Of a DNA stretch of 64,000 bases, positions 62,940 through 64,000 are shown in pieces. The DNA is taken from contig OZ024743.1 of assembly GCA_964016885.1 (NCBI GenBank), positions 151,714,001-151,778,000 on the forward strand, given 5' to 3'. Position 1 is the stretch's first letter; each line of letters begins with the position of its first letter. The notes below the pieces were generated by a model that was not told the origin of the DNA, did no database searches, and saw nothing but the letters and a program-made list of their open reading frames with translations. Source of the stretch: Eledone cirrhosa. Lineage: Eukaryota. The position numbers and the translations under genes are program-made.

Positions 62940-64000
62940 TCTCCGTATAAGACAAGAGCTGAAAAATATATTTCAACATGTTAAAATATCCCCCACACAC
63001 GTACAGACACATTCCTACTGACCGATTCCTCTACCACGAATTATTTTTCAGTGACTTCTCAATCAGGCGAAAAAGGACACTCTTAGACAAATCTACATTT
63101 GGCGCAAAATCAATTTTTAACATTCACGTGACCTCTACCGACCAATAAAAATTGTTTTGACCACAAGAATTTTTGCAACACGAATTGGTGCGAAACTTAT
63201 TTTAATGCCTCTGGAGCCACTTTTTTCACATAAAACAGGTAGAATTTCCAAAACTGATCAGATTAGAGCAAACATCACGGGCACTCTATCTCAAAATTAT
63301 TTTTGAAAAGCATTAGAAATGCACAACCGGTAAAAACTTAAACTAAAACTGAATACTAACCAATACTTATTACTAATTAAACTATTTTTCACTGGGAACA
63401 ATTTGTCAGCATTTTCTTTTCCTTTTACCAATATATATATATATGTATATACGTATATATATACATGTGTGTATACTTATGTGTGTGTGTGTAAAGGCAT
63501 ACATATATACATGTGTGTATACTTATGTGTGTAAAGGCATACATACTTCCTGGGGAATGACCTGATTTGACCACCTACAAAGACCTACATTTTCACTTTC
63601 TTAGAATCTAGGCATCATACATTGTTTAAATCCACCCATTCCATATGCCAAAACTCCCTTCTCCATAGTTGAAGGCAATTACTTATGATACATAGTTAAC
63701 TGGTTTTATGAATTTTATGAATGATTCTTAATTACAATGCTACTCGTCTTATATCCTACCCCTCAGGATACGTGTGAGGTGGTTTATTTATTTTTTTATG
63801 TGTGTGTGTTTGAGTGTAAATTTGTGTATCATCAAACTGATATTTCCAAATCAATATGTGTATGTAGGCACTTTTCTGTATGTGTGTTTCAATATGTGCA
63901 TATAACTACATATATATTTGTATGTATGACTGAAAAATATGTATCAAATTATTAGTACTAGGATGAGTGTGTGTGTGTGTATGTATTAGGATTTTTTTGA

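Overview
This is AT-rich eukaryotic DNA dense in microsatellites ((TA)n, (CA)n, (GA)n, (GAT)n) and dominated by transposable elements. The mix of RTE LINEs, Penelope-like elements and tRNA-derived SINEs suggests a coleoid cephalopod such as Octopus, which is an inference and not shown by the sequence. Retroelements: two RTE LINE subfamilies whose RT carries an internal PHD finger, a Rex3/Expander-like RTE fragment, a decayed Tx1/L1 LINE, two Penelope-like elements, a young gag-only Ty3/gypsy (Mag-like) LTR element with a 5-bp TSD, and several modular SINE families. DNA elements: TTAA-flanked (piggyBac-type), hAT-type and TA-flanked MITEs, plus mariner and piggyBac transposase fossils. The window also holds six long fold-back palindromes. 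The only candidate host coding sequence is a possible terminal exon on the minus strand at 47746-47887. The most striking unexplained signal is a repeated ~49-nt hairpin plus H-type pseudoknot module, with compensatory changes, in RTE and SINE 3' regions. It occurs in 1 to about 10 tandem copies. Most short ORFs in the track are microsatellite artefacts. All alignments and counts were done by eye.
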